NCBI GenBank assembly: GCA_964363305.1
Contig: CAYIHX010000010.1
Coordinates: forward strand, 4,036 to 68,035
Length of the DNA: 64,000 nucleotides
From: an uncultured Bacteriovoracaceae bacterium
GTDB taxonomy: Bacteria > Bdellovibrionota > UBA1018
Reading direction: 5' to 3'
The position numbers and the translations under genes were made by a program. The number at the start of each line of letters is the position of its first letter. Position 1 is the first letter of the stretch. Positions 10,564 through 19,705 of this stretch are shown in pieces. The notes beneath the pieces were generated by a model. That model did not search any database and had not been told where the DNA came from. It saw only the letters and a list, made by a program, of their open reading frames with translations.

Positions 10564-11396
10564 CCTTCCAGTCCCATTTTTGCTTTGGGATCGAGCCCGT
10601 CGCGTAGGCCGTCGCCGAGGTAATTGAACGCCAGCATGGTGAGGAAGAGCACCGTACTGGGGAAGATCATGAGGTACGGATAGGAGCGCATGGCCCGGAA
10701 GCCTTCATTCGCGAGAGTTCCCCAGCTCGAGAACGGGGGCTGCAGCCCCAAACCGATAAAGGAGAGGAAGCTCTCGGCCATGATATTGGTCGGGATTTGA
10801 TAGGTCAGGGAAACGATGATCGGTCCCCATAAATTGCGTAGGATATGTTTCGCGATGATGCGCCATGAAGAAGCGCCGAGCGCCCGAGCCGATTCGACGT
10901 AGGGCAGTTCGCGCGCTTGCAGCACGAGCCCGCGAACCAGTCGGGCTTGTGTGACCCAGGAGGTGATTCCGATCGCCAGCAGAATTCCATAAACCCCTCG
11001 ACCTAGAATCACCATGATCAGAATGGCGATGAGAAGGGAGGGGAAGATATAGAAAAGATCGACGGTTCTCATCAGGAGGCCATCGACCCAGCCGCCTTTA
11101 TAACCGGAGAGGGCGCCCGTGAGGGTTCCAAGCGCGAGCGCGAAGATGCCGGTAAAGATACCGACCGTCAGAGACATTCGGGCGCCATAAAGAATGCGGC
11201 TGTAGAGGTCCCTGCCCAGGGTATCCGTGCCCATCCAGTGTTGCCGGCTGGGTCCTTGGAGTTTCTCCGAGATATTTTGTTCCTCGTATGAATAGCGCGT
11301 GATCAGGGGCGCGGCGGCGGCCGCGAGCGAGAGGGCGACGAGAAAGAGGAGGCTGAGGACCGCCAGTCGATGAGCAAAAAACCGTTTCCAACCCAT
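10560..11396 (-). CDS. ABC transporter permease (OppC/DppC-like)
   Basis: 278 aa. N-terminal OppC-type region (GTDTLGRDLYSRILYGARMSL) and an EAA-loop-like ESARALGAS. Confidence 0.9.
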   Translation of the reverse strand: MGWKRFFAHRLAVLSLLFLVALSLAAAAAPLITRYSYEEQNISEKLQGPSRQHWMGTDTLGRDLYSRILYGARMSLTVGIFTGIFALALGTLTGALSGYKGGWVDGLLMRTVDLFYIFPSLLIAILIMVILGRGVYGILLAIGITSWVTQARLVRGLVLQARELPYVESARALGASSWRIIAKHILRNLWGPIIVSLTYQIPTNIMAESFLSFIGLGLQPPFSSWGTLANEGFRAMRSYPYLMIFPSTVLFLTMLAFNYLGDGLRDGLDPKAKMGLEG

Positions 11397-12331
11397 TACC
11401 CACCGCCCTTTTTTTCCGAAACCCTGACTCGGGGATCGATCAAGCCGTAGGTTAGATCCACTGCCAGATTTGAAAAAATAAGAATGACCCCAAAGAAAAG
11501 CGTTACCCCCATCACAAGGGGGTAGTCGCGATTGAGCATTGCGCTCACGAAATGGCGTCCCAGGCCTGGAATTTGAAAGACGATCTCGACCAGGAAGGAG
11601 CCAGTAATCAGGTTCGCGGTGATGGGGCCCATCAAAGTGATGACGGGAATCAACGAGTTGCGGAGCGCGTGTTTGAAGACGACAGGGGGCGCCGCCAGGC
11701 CCTTGCTGTATGCCGTCCGGACGTAGTCAGAGGACAGGGCTTCGAGCATCGAGCTGCGGGTCATGCGTGCGACCAGTGCCAGCGGTCGGAGCGCCAGGGT
11801 GATCGTCGGCAGGATCATGGAGCTCGGCCCCTCCCAGAGTGCAGGCGGCAGCCAGTCGAGGCCGATTGAAAAGACCAGAATCAGAAGGCTCGCAACGAGG
11901 TAGCTCGGTAAGCTCACTCCCGCGATCGTGAGAAAAACCGCGCCGAAGTCAAGCCAGGTGTTCTGCTTCCAGGCCGCAAGCGCACCGAGCGAGACTCCCG
12001 CTCCGAGCGAAAGGATGAGTGAGAGCAATCCGAGCTGAGCTGACGCGGGGAATGATTCCGCGATGATTTCGGTCACGGGGCGTCCCAGATATTGGAGCGA
12101 TTCGCGGAGGTCGCCATGGGCGAGGTCGCCGAGCCAATGAGCGAGTTGTAGCCAAATCGGCTGATCGAGGCCGTACTTGGCGTCGATCGCGGCCTTCACT
12201 TCCGGCGGGAAAGCGCGATCCGTGTCGAAGGGCCCGCCCGGCGCCAGACGAAGGAGTAGAAAGGTGGCCACGGCGAGGACGAGCAAGGTCGGAATTGCTC
12301 CTGCCAGGCGCCGCAGGGCATACTGGATCAC
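11396..12331 (-). CDS. ABC transporter permease (OppB/DppB-like)
   Basis: A GTG at 12331 gives the classic VIQYALRRL N-terminus and forms a GTGA overlap with the upstream gene stop. EAA loop DYVRTAYSKGL. Confidence 0.9.
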   Translation of the reverse strand: MIQYALRRLAGAIPTLLVLAVATFLLLRLAPGGPFDTDRAFPPEVKAAIDAKYGLDQPIWLQLAHWLGDLAHGDLRESLQYLGRPVTEIIAESFPASAQLGLLSLILSLGAGVSLGALAAWKQNTWLDFGAVFLTIAGVSLPSYLVASLLILVFSIGLDWLPPALWEGPSSMILPTITLALRPLALVARMTRSSMLEALSSDYVRTAYSKGLAAPPVVFKHALRNSLIPVITLMGPITANLITGSFLVEIVFQIPGLGRHFVSAMLNRDYPLVMGVTLFFGVILIFSNLAVDLTYGLIDPRVRVSEKKGGG

Positions 12332-13284
12332 GCGAGAACCTCGCCCGACCGCGGACCTTCGGCGCGAAGCCCCAGGCCTGCGCTGTTTGGGATGGCAATC
12401 CACCCCGACTTCTTTGGAAACCCCGCAGGACTCTTCTGGCAGAGGCCGAGGTCGACCAGGAGCGCAGTATACGCGCAGATGAATGAATCAAAGGCCGCAA
12501 GGCTGGCTGAAAGTTTCTTGAGGTCGCGATCGTAAATGAAGACGCCTTGGCGTTCCGAGATGTGCTCGAGAATCTCGGTGCGGGCGTCGACTCCGGATTC
12601 AAGTTGTCGATAGTTTTGCAGAACCCGTTTCGAGAGCTTCAGCGGGTCGGCGAAGAGCGAGACCGAGAGCTTGGGCCAAACCTCGACAAGTTGGAAATCC
12701 TCGAGCGCCCTTTTAAGGAAATGCATGCGGGCCGTGAGCGGCGCTCTGTTTCCACCCAGGGTCTCGTCGATTTCAAATCGAAGGTTTTCCGGGATTTTCG
12801 GTAAAATGGAGTAACGCACGAAGAGCTCGATCGGTCGTTGCGTGTAAGGGGTGATAGGCAGGCTTCGAATGCCTTTCGCCTGGGCCGCGCGTGCAGTCCG
12901 TTTGACATAGTCGCGCATCCATTTCGAGTCGACGGACGAGCACTCCGCGGGTTTCTTGCAGATTCTCGGTGTGCAGAGAAAGCACGGGGGTAGAGAAAGC
13001 GGCACGTTCACGCCCATGCGGGAAACTCCGACCCTCAGTTCACCGATCAGTCCGAGGAGGGCGTTGTCGCTCGTCTCATGACCGAGAGGGACCACCCGGT
13101 CGTACACGTCGAGTAGGAATATTTTCTTTTCGCGGGGGTAATATTCCAGCGCGGAAAGAGCGGTCTTGGGGTTTTTGGCACCGGACAGCTCGAGGCCAAG
13201 ATACCGGCGGGGAGCCGCCGGTTCAGCGTGCGTTGACTTCCAACCCATGGGGCACCGCCTGGAAGTCGAGCAATCGAACGGCAT
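12328..13284 (-). CDS. Conserved hypothetical protein (cytoplasmic; possible RNase-H-like fold)
   Basis: 318-aa ORF with coding-like composition, translationally coupled to oppB. I recognise no family motif. The true start may be ATG 13248 (MGWKS). Confidence 0.55.
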   Translation of the reverse strand: MPFDCSTSRRCPMGWKSTHAEPAAPRRYLGLELSGAKNPKTALSALEYYPREKKIFLLDVYDRVVPLGHETSDNALLGLIGELRVGVSRMGVNVPLSLPPCFLCTPRICKKPAECSSVDSKWMRDYVKRTARAAQAKGIRSLPITPYTQRPIELFVRYSILPKIPENLRFEIDETLGGNRAPLTARMHFLKRALEDFQLVEVWPKLSVSLFADPLKLSKRVLQNYRQLESGVDARTEILEHISERQGVFIYDRDLKKLSASLAAFDSFICAYTALLVDLGLCQKSPAGFPKKSGWIAIPNSAGLGLRAEGPRSGEVLA

Positions 13285-14284
13285 CTCCGGTTTTTCGGAG
13301 CACCCGTTCGATCAGTTTGTTTTTTTTCTCTAAATCATCCGAAGGGAGATACAGGAAGAAGCATCCGCCGCCCCCCGCTCCGCAGATCTTACCCGTACCG
13401 CCGAAATCCTTCTCGCAGAGGGCAAAGGCCTGATCCATGGCGGGCGTGGAAATTTCAGCGGCGAGGGTTCGTCGCGCGGTCCATTCCCGATGGATCGCCT
13501 CTCGAACACCCTGCCAATCGTTCGTTCGGAGGGCGGCCCCGAGCTCGTGGGTCGCGGCGATGATCTGAGCAAAGCGCTCGCGGACCTTGTTTTCACCATC
13601 GATATAACTCTTGTACAGGGCCCAGTTATTGATGCCTGAGTTCCGCGACTGGCCTGAATAAAAGAGCGCGAGGCGATTCTGGAGAGGTGCAAGCAGGGCA
13701 GGCGCGAAAGACTCTCGTTTATGGCGACTGACGCCCCAATGAAGCGATTGCAGCCCGCCGTGCATTGCGGCGTAGTAGTCCTGTACCCCCGCCGGAACGC
13801 GAATCACCGTCGTTTCAATGTCGCGGGTGATCTCAACGAGTGCGTCGCCCTCGGTCTCGGGATTGATTTTACCCCGCGCCCAGGTAGCGAGGGCGCCGAT
13901 CATGGCGACGCTCAGCGTGGACGAGCCACCCAGTCCCGCGCCCGCCGGGCTTTTGGCTTGAGTGCGCAGGGTCAAGGTGCCCCGGCCGATTTTGCCGTTG
14001 GTCTCCTCGACGAAATGGCGCAGCAGCTTTGCGTGCAGCTCGAGCTGCGGAACCGTTTTGAGCTGCGGAAGGTCTTTCCAGCGGAAGCGAAGTTCGTGCC
14101 CCTGGTCCGCACTTTGGAGCAGAACTTCATCGCCTTCTTCGCTGAAGTGGAGATCGGCCTCCGCGAAGAGGTTGATTCCGAGATTGATGGTGCATGCGCG
14201 TTCCGCCAGCAGATAGATCGGCCAGATGTCGACAGTGCCGCCAGCCAAATCGATTCGGGTAGGGGCGCGCGAATGAAGTTTCAT
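13223..14284 (-). CDS. GHMP-family sugar kinase (heptose-phosphate/fucose kinase-like)
   Basis: ATG 14284 gives MKLHSRAPTRIDLAGGTVD, the sugar-kinase branch N-terminus. GHMP motif PAGAGLGGSSTLSVA and C-terminal GAGGGG. Confidence 0.8.
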   Translation of the reverse strand: MKLHSRAPTRIDLAGGTVDIWPIYLLAERACTINLGINLFAEADLHFSEEGDEVLLQSADQGHELRFRWKDLPQLKTVPQLELHAKLLRHFVEETNGKIGRGTLTLRTQAKSPAGAGLGGSSTLSVAMIGALATWARGKINPETEGDALVEITRDIETTVIRVPAGVQDYYAAMHGGLQSLHWGVSRHKRESFAPALLAPLQNRLALFYSGQSRNSGINNWALYKSYIDGENKVRERFAQIIAATHELGAALRTNDWQGVREAIHREWTARRTLAAEISTPAMDQAFALCEKDFGGTGKICGAGGGGCFFLYLPSDDLEKKNKLIERVLRKTGDAVRLLDFQAVPHGLEVNAR

Positions 14285-14288
14285 CGGC

Positions 14289-14828
14289 TTAGTGGGCACT
14301 CTCGACGATGCCAATATAGGGAAGACCACGGTACTTCCCCGCGAGGTCCACGCCGTATCCCACTACGAAATCATTTCCGATTTTGAAGCCGACATAGTCG
14401 ATGGGGATGTCGATTTTCAGGCTATCGGGTTTGAAAAGGAGCGAGCAGCTCTTCAGGGTAGCCGGTCGGCGGGATCGGAGCATGTTCATGATGTAAGAAA
14501 GCGTCAGTCCCGAGTCGACGATGTCTTCGACGACGATGACATGTTTGCCCTCGATGGGCTCATTGAGGTCCAGCGTGACCTTCACTTCGCCCGATGAGAC
14601 CATTTTATTGCCGTAGCTGGAAACGCCGAGGAACTCGCACGTGAGGGCGAGATCGAGATTGCGGATCAAGTCGGAAAAGAAAATAAAACTCCCCTTGAGC
14701 ACGCAGATAAAGACCACTTCTTTACCTTCATAGTCATGGCGGATCTCCTGCGCGAGCTCGGCGACGCGAGCCTGTAGTTTTATTTCCGGAATCAGGACCT
14801 TCAGCTTCTTTTCTTCAGACATAGGCAT
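14289..14828 (-). CDS. hpt: Hypoxanthine-guanine phosphoribosyltransferase
   Basis: 179 aa with VCVLKGSFIFFSDL and the PRPP loop VIVVEDIVDSGLTL. Confidence 0.9.
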   Translation of the reverse strand: MPMSEEKKLKVLIPEIKLQARVAELAQEIRHDYEGKEVVFICVLKGSFIFFSDLIRNLDLALTCEFLGVSSYGNKMVSSGEVKVTLDLNEPIEGKHVIVVEDIVDSGLTLSYIMNMLRSRRPATLKSCSLLFKPDSLKIDIPIDYVGFKIGNDFVVGYGVDLAGKYRGLPYIGIVESAH

Positions 14829-15606
14829 TGTTTAGAATCTCTCCAAATCCGCCGCCGCCCGGCACGATGTAGTCGTGATCGTTGAGGCCCTTTTCCTGAC
14901 TCCACTTCGTTCCGGGCGCTAACGCCAAGACTTCGGGAGGAGACAGTCCGCGATCCACTCGGACGGCGTAAACTCTCAGTTCGGGAGCCTCTCTGGCGAC
15001 CCGTTGAAGGTATTCTGGTGTCACGATGCAGTGAATCGCAACGAATTTCGCGCTTTTTGCCCCTTCCAGGGAGCGATAAAGATTCATGATTTCGACCATC
15101 GTCGAGCCGGTTGCCGCCATCGGGTCTGGGAAGAGGACGAGGGCCTCCTTCAGGTCTCCGCCGATCTTGTGGCCCGAGACATGGCTTCCGGTGACGTGAT
15201 GAGTAGACTCAGAAGATTGACGCGCAATCCCGATGTGATCCTGTCGAACTCCTGCGGGATTGAGGAGGTAGTTCAGTTCTTCGTAGCAAATCTGGGAGGG
15301 CACCGTACCGGCTCGTGCGAGATTGACGCAAATGGCCCGCTGGGAAACGCTCACTCCTCGCGTGCGGAGGAGGCCTGCCTGCGGGTGAAGATCCACCATT
15401 CGCGTGGGGATTTCGGTTTCGGAGGCGGCGCCTTCGGCTGCGAGTACTCGGGCGATGAGGTGGCGGTAGATCCGCTTGATGAGTTCATGGATCAGGGGCC
15501 CTTGGGTGTCCTTGGCGCAGAGCTTTCCGAGCCATGACGAGAGCACCGGATCGTCGAAAATTCGAAAGGCCTCGCCGTAGTGATGCTGTACCCAGGGGGA
15601 TGACAT
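14815..15606 (-). CDS. upp: Uracil phosphoribosyltransferase family protein (long form)
   Basis: PRPP and uracil motifs LVLFPDPMAATGSTM and YIVPGGGGFGE. About 50 extra N-terminal residues relative to classical Upp. Confidence 0.75.
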   Translation of the reverse strand: MSSPWVQHHYGEAFRIFDDPVLSSWLGKLCAKDTQGPLIHELIKRIYRHLIARVLAAEGAASETEIPTRMVDLHPQAGLLRTRGVSVSQRAICVNLARAGTVPSQICYEELNYLLNPAGVRQDHIGIARQSSESTHHVTGSHVSGHKIGGDLKEALVLFPDPMAATGSTMVEIMNLYRSLEGAKSAKFVAIHCIVTPEYLQRVAREAPELRVYAVRVDRGLSPPEVLALAPGTKWSQEKGLNDHDYIVPGGGGFGEILNNAYV

Positions 15607-15609
15607 GGC

Positions 15610-16266
15610 TTACCCGAGCCGACCTTGCGGAGAACCTTCGCCGCCGGAGGTTGAGCCCCCTTGCGCGGGGAGGCCCATTGCACGGGCGAGAACGCCCTGT
15701 CCATCGGGCTCGTGGCAAAAGCGGCATCGCGGCTCGTACATTTCTTGAGCGCCCACAAGCACTCGCTCAGACGCCGCTCCCGTCGGGCCGCAGGTTCGCT
15801 GCGTTCTTGATGCGGCCCCGCCACAAACCATGCAGACCGCCTGCAGTTTGGTGACGCTTTCCGCGATGGCAAGGAGGCGCGGCATGGGGCCGAAGGGTTG
15901 TCCGCGAAAGTCCATATCCAAGCCGGCGACGATGACTCGCACGCCGCGGTAAGCTATTTTTTGGGCAACCTCGACGATGCTCTCATCAAAAAATTGGGCC
16001 TCGTCGATGCCAACGACTCGGGTATTGTCGTCGAGTCGTTCCAGAATCTCCAATGAGCGCGCTACTGGAATGGAAAGGATTTTTCCAGCATCGTGACTTT
16101 GAACGTGGTCTTCGCTGTATCGATTGTCGATGGCGGGTTTGAATACCTGGACCTTCAGGCGGCCGATTTGCGCGCGTTTTAAACGGCGCAGCAACTCCTC
16201 GGTTTTGCCGCTGAACATGCTGCCACAGATAACCTCTACAGAACCGGAAAGTGCTCGATGAATCAT
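15610..16266 (-). CDS. tdk: Thymidine kinase
   Basis: Internal ATG 16266 (MIHRAL). P-loop [20 protein letters not shown], and a C-terminal zinc-ribbon with Cys pairs (CMVCG, CRFCH). Confidence 0.9.
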   Translation of the reverse strand: MIHRALSGSVEVICGSMFSGKTEELLRRLKRAQIGRLKVQVFKPAIDNRYSEDHVQSHDAGKILSIPVARSLEILERLDDNTRVVGIDEAQFFDESIVEVAQKIAYRGVRVIVAGLDMDFRGQPFGPMPRLLAIAESVTKLQAVCMVCGGAASRTQRTCGPTGAASERVLVGAQEMYEPRCRFCHEPDGQGVLARAMGLPAQGGSTSGGEGSPQGRLG

Positions 16267-16279
16267 GTCTTTCTTCGGC

Positions 16280-17293
16280 TTACTCGAGACCCGGGGTCCA
16301 GTCAAAGCCGCATTGTCGTGGGGTGCTTGAGGATGGGGCGGTGCAGCCAAGGAGGCGGCGCACCGTAGGGTGGGTGCCGAAAATGCGTTCGATCCGAATT
16401 TGAGGAGAGGGATGATAAGTGAGGTCTTCGTCGCGGAAGTCCTCTCGTTGTTCGCACAGGTCTCTCACGGAATTTTGTACGGCCTTTCGAAGTTGCTGAG
16501 CGTCAAATTCAGTCGCGTAACGCTCTAGCACCCGTGCTGTGATTTGGACACCGATCCAATCGGAGAAAGCCTCGCTGAGATGGTCATGGCTCCCGCACTC
16601 ATTTCGATTTTTTGTCAAAGCCACGACGCCGCTGGTTTGAAGGCATGCGGAGAGCCGATCGATGGCCGGAAGCGCGTGGCGAGCTTCTCTGAGTTCGCAG
16701 GGATCGATCGAGTGGGCGAGTTCATGAGCGAAGGTAAATACGAGGTTGAACCAGGAGCTGACTGCGAAAAGAAAGGCTCCGCCGACTCGAATTCGGAGCT
16801 TGCCACTTTGCATTCTCTGGAAAAAAACGCCGTTCTTCGTGTAGAGGTCGGGTTCGTCCGCATAGACTTCCGCCGGAGGCGGAAGGTCGAGCCTGACTTT
16901 GTTGAGTGTGGTGCTGAGGACCTTTTTCTCGTGGGCGTTAAACACCGACGCGGGCTGTTCGCGGATAAACCGCAGCATTTCGTTTCTTGTTCGTTCGAAC
17001 GCGGTTCTCAGTTTTTGCACCCGGCTCCGGGAGTAGACGACTCGGACGAGTTCCTTGTAGGCTTCTTCCCTGGTCCATTCCGGATTTTCGAGCAGCAGTT
17101 CCTCGAACATCCTCAAAACTTCGATCTCTGCGTCGATATCGCGGCGAACGCGGCCGGTCGGGTCACGCAGTGGCCACTGTGCGTCTTCGCAGATCGTCTC
17201 GTAAATATCCTCGCAGGGGTCTTCTTCCTGTGTCAGGGAGTGTTCGTCTCCTGAAATAGAGAGGGCCCCGGAATTCGGCTTCCGAAAGACCAC
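16280..17293 (-). CDS. Zinc metalloprotease (HExxH), probably exported
   Basis: [10 protein letters not shown] zincin motif and several Cys residues. The ORF as given starts at GTG 17293, but a hydrophobic signal-like segment is encoded in frame upstream (see finding), so the 5' end is uncertain. Confidence 0.7.
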   Translation of the reverse strand: MVFRKPNSGALSISGDEHSLTQEEDPCEDIYETICEDAQWPLRDPTGRVRRDIDAEIEVLRMFEELLLENPEWTREEAYKELVRVVYSRSRVQKLRTAFERTRNEMLRFIREQPASVFNAHEKKVLSTTLNKVRLDLPPPAEVYADEPDLYTKNGVFFQRMQSGKLRIRVGGAFLFAVSSWFNLVFTFAHELAHSIDPCELREARHALPAIDRLSACLQTSGVVALTKNRNECGSHDHLSEAFSDWIGVQITARVLERYATEFDAQQLRKAVQNSVRDLCEQREDFRDEDLTYHPSPQIRIERIFGTHPTVRRLLGCTAPSSSTPRQCGFDWTPGLE

Positions 17294-17366
17294 CGCTCCT
17301 AGGACAACCAGCGCGAGAGCCAGGATGGGTGCAAGGATGCGGATGAAGAGTTTCTTGTGAATGGCC

Positions 17367-18176
17367 TCACCCCATCCATGTGGCGAACAGCCCGAACATC
17401 AGCAGCAGGATCGCGAAAAGTCCCGCGGCAATGAATCCAAAGAAAAGAACCTGCGGGAATAGGCCGACGATCAGCGCTCGTCCGGTGCTGATTCGATAGA
17501 CCTCTCGAGTGGCGATGACCGTGATGATCCAGGTTCCTAGGCTTGCTAAAAAGCCTCCGATGAACGGGATGCCTCTGAAGAGAGAGGCCGTCATCCCATA
17601 CGATACGATGCGCACCGCCGATTCATAGTCGATATTGCGGGGCGAGCCATCGCGCCCGGGGGAGATGAGCAGACGGGCCCCGATCCAAACCAGGAACGCG
17701 GTCACCAGGATGATGAGCGCAGTGGAGAAGGGATCCGTAATGACTGAGCCAACGCCGAACGCCCAGTCCTTGAGACCATCCCGAAGCATTTGGTATGGAG
17801 CGCCTTTTCCCAACGATTCGATTTCGGGAAGAGCCTCAAAAGAGCGTATGGCTTCATCGAAGCGGCGAGCGAGGCCGCCGCCGAAGACCAGGGACGCCAG
17901 GTAGCTGAGGGCGGTTCCGAGCCAGTGGCAAACGAGGGCGAACGCTAGAGGGCCGGAGATTCCCCCGGAGAGAGGGATTCGTCTGAAGTAGGCCGTGGGC
18001 CGAGTGAGGATAGTGCGAACATCGGTGAAAAAGCGACGAATCAGGGACGTACTGGGGAGCGCACGCAGGGGGGACGGTTCGCCGTCGGAAGACAAGGCGC
18101 GGCCACAGCTCATGCATTCACGAGTGTCTGCCGCATGGACGAAGCCGCAGTGGGGACATTTGCTTGCAGCAGTCAT
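17367..18176 (-). CDS. Zinc-ribbon + Yip1-domain integral membrane protein
   Basis: N-terminal CPHCG-x12-CMSCG zinc ribbon followed by about 5 TM helices typical of Yip1/DUF1282 proteins. 4-nt overlap with the upstream DUF4340 gene. Confidence 0.7.
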   Translation of the reverse strand: MTAASKCPHCGFVHAADTRECMSCGRALSSDGEPSPLRALPSTSLIRRFFTDVRTILTRPTAYFRRIPLSGGISGPLAFALVCHWLGTALSYLASLVFGGGLARRFDEAIRSFEALPEIESLGKGAPYQMLRDGLKDWAFGVGSVITDPFSTALIILVTAFLVWIGARLLISPGRDGSPRNIDYESAVRIVSYGMTASLFRGIPFIGGFLASLGTWIITVIATREVYRISTGRALIVGLFPQVLFFGFIAAGLFAILLLMFGLFATWMG

Positions 18177-19705
18177 TTTTTCTCGCTCGGAATCGGGGCT
18201 GGCGTGGTCGGCTCAAAGTGATTCGCTGCAAAAGGGATCGCATCCAAAAGCGAGGGGTCAAGCAGGAGCGCCTCGTGAATCGCGCCAGCGGCTTTTAGGT
18301 CGCGAGCGTAGAGAGTGGTTCCGTCTTTCGCGTTCTTGGCTTTTGGTCCGGCTTTCACCTTCCAGAAGACGTAAGAGCGCAGGCCTTCATCTTGCTCATT
18401 CATGAGCTCGACGCGGACGCCGCCTTCTTCCCCGCCCGGAATCGCGCTGGCTCGAAAGAATTCGCGAATTCGGTTGCCGGTCATCCGGTCCAGCAGCGTA
18501 TTCACCTTTTCGGGTGCTAGCGCGGTTTTTCCGTCCGTGTTCGCCCATTTTCCGTCCTTCTGGATGAAGGCCAGGGGCGCTGGGCCTATTGCCTTGCCCG
18601 AGATACGAATTTTCCTCGTATTGAATCGATCCGTCGAAGTGAGAAGTTTTGCCCATCTCAGTTCGTTCAGATTTTTCGCAAGCCGATCTCGGGCCGCGGG
18701 ATCCAGTTCGTAGAGCGGGTCGGAAGTCGAAAGTGTGGCATACAGAGGCGCCTTGGGTTTCGAGCCGTTTTGATACAGAAGCAGCGTGAGCGTGTCCCCG
18801 CCTTCTTTCGTCAGTGAAAGGGAAAGAGCCTGAGGCGAGCCTTTGAGTCTTGCCCGGGCCGGAGCCGAGGCTTTGTTCTCGGAGACGAAAGATTTTGCAG
18901 TGAGGAATCCGGCCGCGCTCAACAAGTTATCGATGGCCTCGAGATCGCCCGGGACGGTTTCTGCTTTTTCCTTCACGACCGAAGAGAGATTCCACGTGCC
19001 GTCTTTTTTGGTTCCGGAGATTTTGCTTTTTTGGGTTGCCAGCGTGAAGCTGACGACTTGATGAGTGGCGAGCGAAAATAGGCGCTTGTCACGCCAGTGA
19101 GTGAGGTCACGCTCGAAGTTGCTCTTGAAGTATGAAGGGACGAAGAGAACCTTCGATTCGTCGAATTTCCCGGCCGCGCTGATCCCGCCGAAAAAACTTT
19201 CGCCGACGGGATGGAGGTCACCCAGCACCAGAGATTTGGTTGCGCCATCGCCGAAGGTCACATCCACTCGACGAGACGTCTTTTGGGATCTCGAGGCGTC
19301 GTCCAGAAGGTACTCCTTCAGGAGGCGGGCTCTCTTGTCAGGAGTCTCGGGGGTGAGATCGATCGAATCGGTGGGTTGCAGGTTCGTGAGCGTGGTCAGG
19401 AGGGCGTTGACGTTGGCGTCATCCGCTTTGATCTTTACGGGCTCAGTGAGCTCCCATTTTGAGTTGTCCCCTGACTTACAAAGCTTCTGCTCGAGATCGA
19501 GGCACTTGAAGGAGAAAAAGGTCTTGCCGTCCCCGATCCGCAACATGGAGACGCCGTTTTCCTTGAGGTTCAGGATTCGCTTGGCATTGAGCTCTGATTC
19601 CGCCCGCTTTTCTTTCAGGCTGTGTTCATACCCGTACACGAGCAATCCGGCCACCGCGAGGATGGCCGCGAAAACCATTAAACGACCCCATTTGAGTTCG
19701 TTCAT
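18173..19705 (-). CDS. DUF4340-like protein (accessory to GldG-type ABC system)
   Basis: 510 aa with a single N-terminal TM anchor and a long periplasmic region. It sits directly after the GldG-like gene, as is typical for DUF4340. 4-nt overlap. Confidence 0.7.
   Translation of the reverse strand: MNELKWGRLMVFAAILAVAGLLVYGYEHSLKEKRAESELNAKRILNLKENGVSMLRIGDGKTFFSFKCLDLEQKLCKSGDNSKWELTEPVKIKADDANVNALLTTLTNLQPTDSIDLTPETPDKRARLLKEYLLDDASRSQKTSRRVDVTFGDGATKSLVLGDLHPVGESFFGGISAAGKFDESKVLFVPSYFKSNFERDLTHWRDKRLFSLATHQVVSFTLATQKSKISGTKKDGTWNLSSVVKEKAETVPGDLEAIDNLLSAAGFLTAKSFVSENKASAPARARLKGSPQALSLSLTKEGGDTLTLLLYQNGSKPKAPLYATLSTSDPLYELDPAARDRLAKNLNELRWAKLLTSTDRFNTRKIRISGKAIGPAPLAFIQKDGKWANTDGKTALAPEKVNTLLDRMTGNRIREFFRASAIPGGEEGGVRVELMNEQDEGLRSYVFWKVKAGPKAKNAKDGTTLYARDLKAAGAIHEALLLDPSLLDAIPFAANHFEPTTPAPIPSEKK

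Noticed and set aside
11949-12602. A 217-aa minus-strand ORF spanning the oppB 5' end and the upstream gene
   Set aside because: It is out of frame with two well-supported coupled genes. It is extremely Arg/Pro/Ser-rich, so it is a composition artefact.
13223-14284. The GHMP kinase considered as an extra mevalonate-pathway kinase
   Set aside because: Its N-terminus (RAPTRIDLAGGTVD) and overall pattern match the sugar or heptose-phosphate kinase branch rather than the mevalonate or phosphomevalonate kinases. It also lies 19 kb from the pathway cluster, in a salvage and transport operon.
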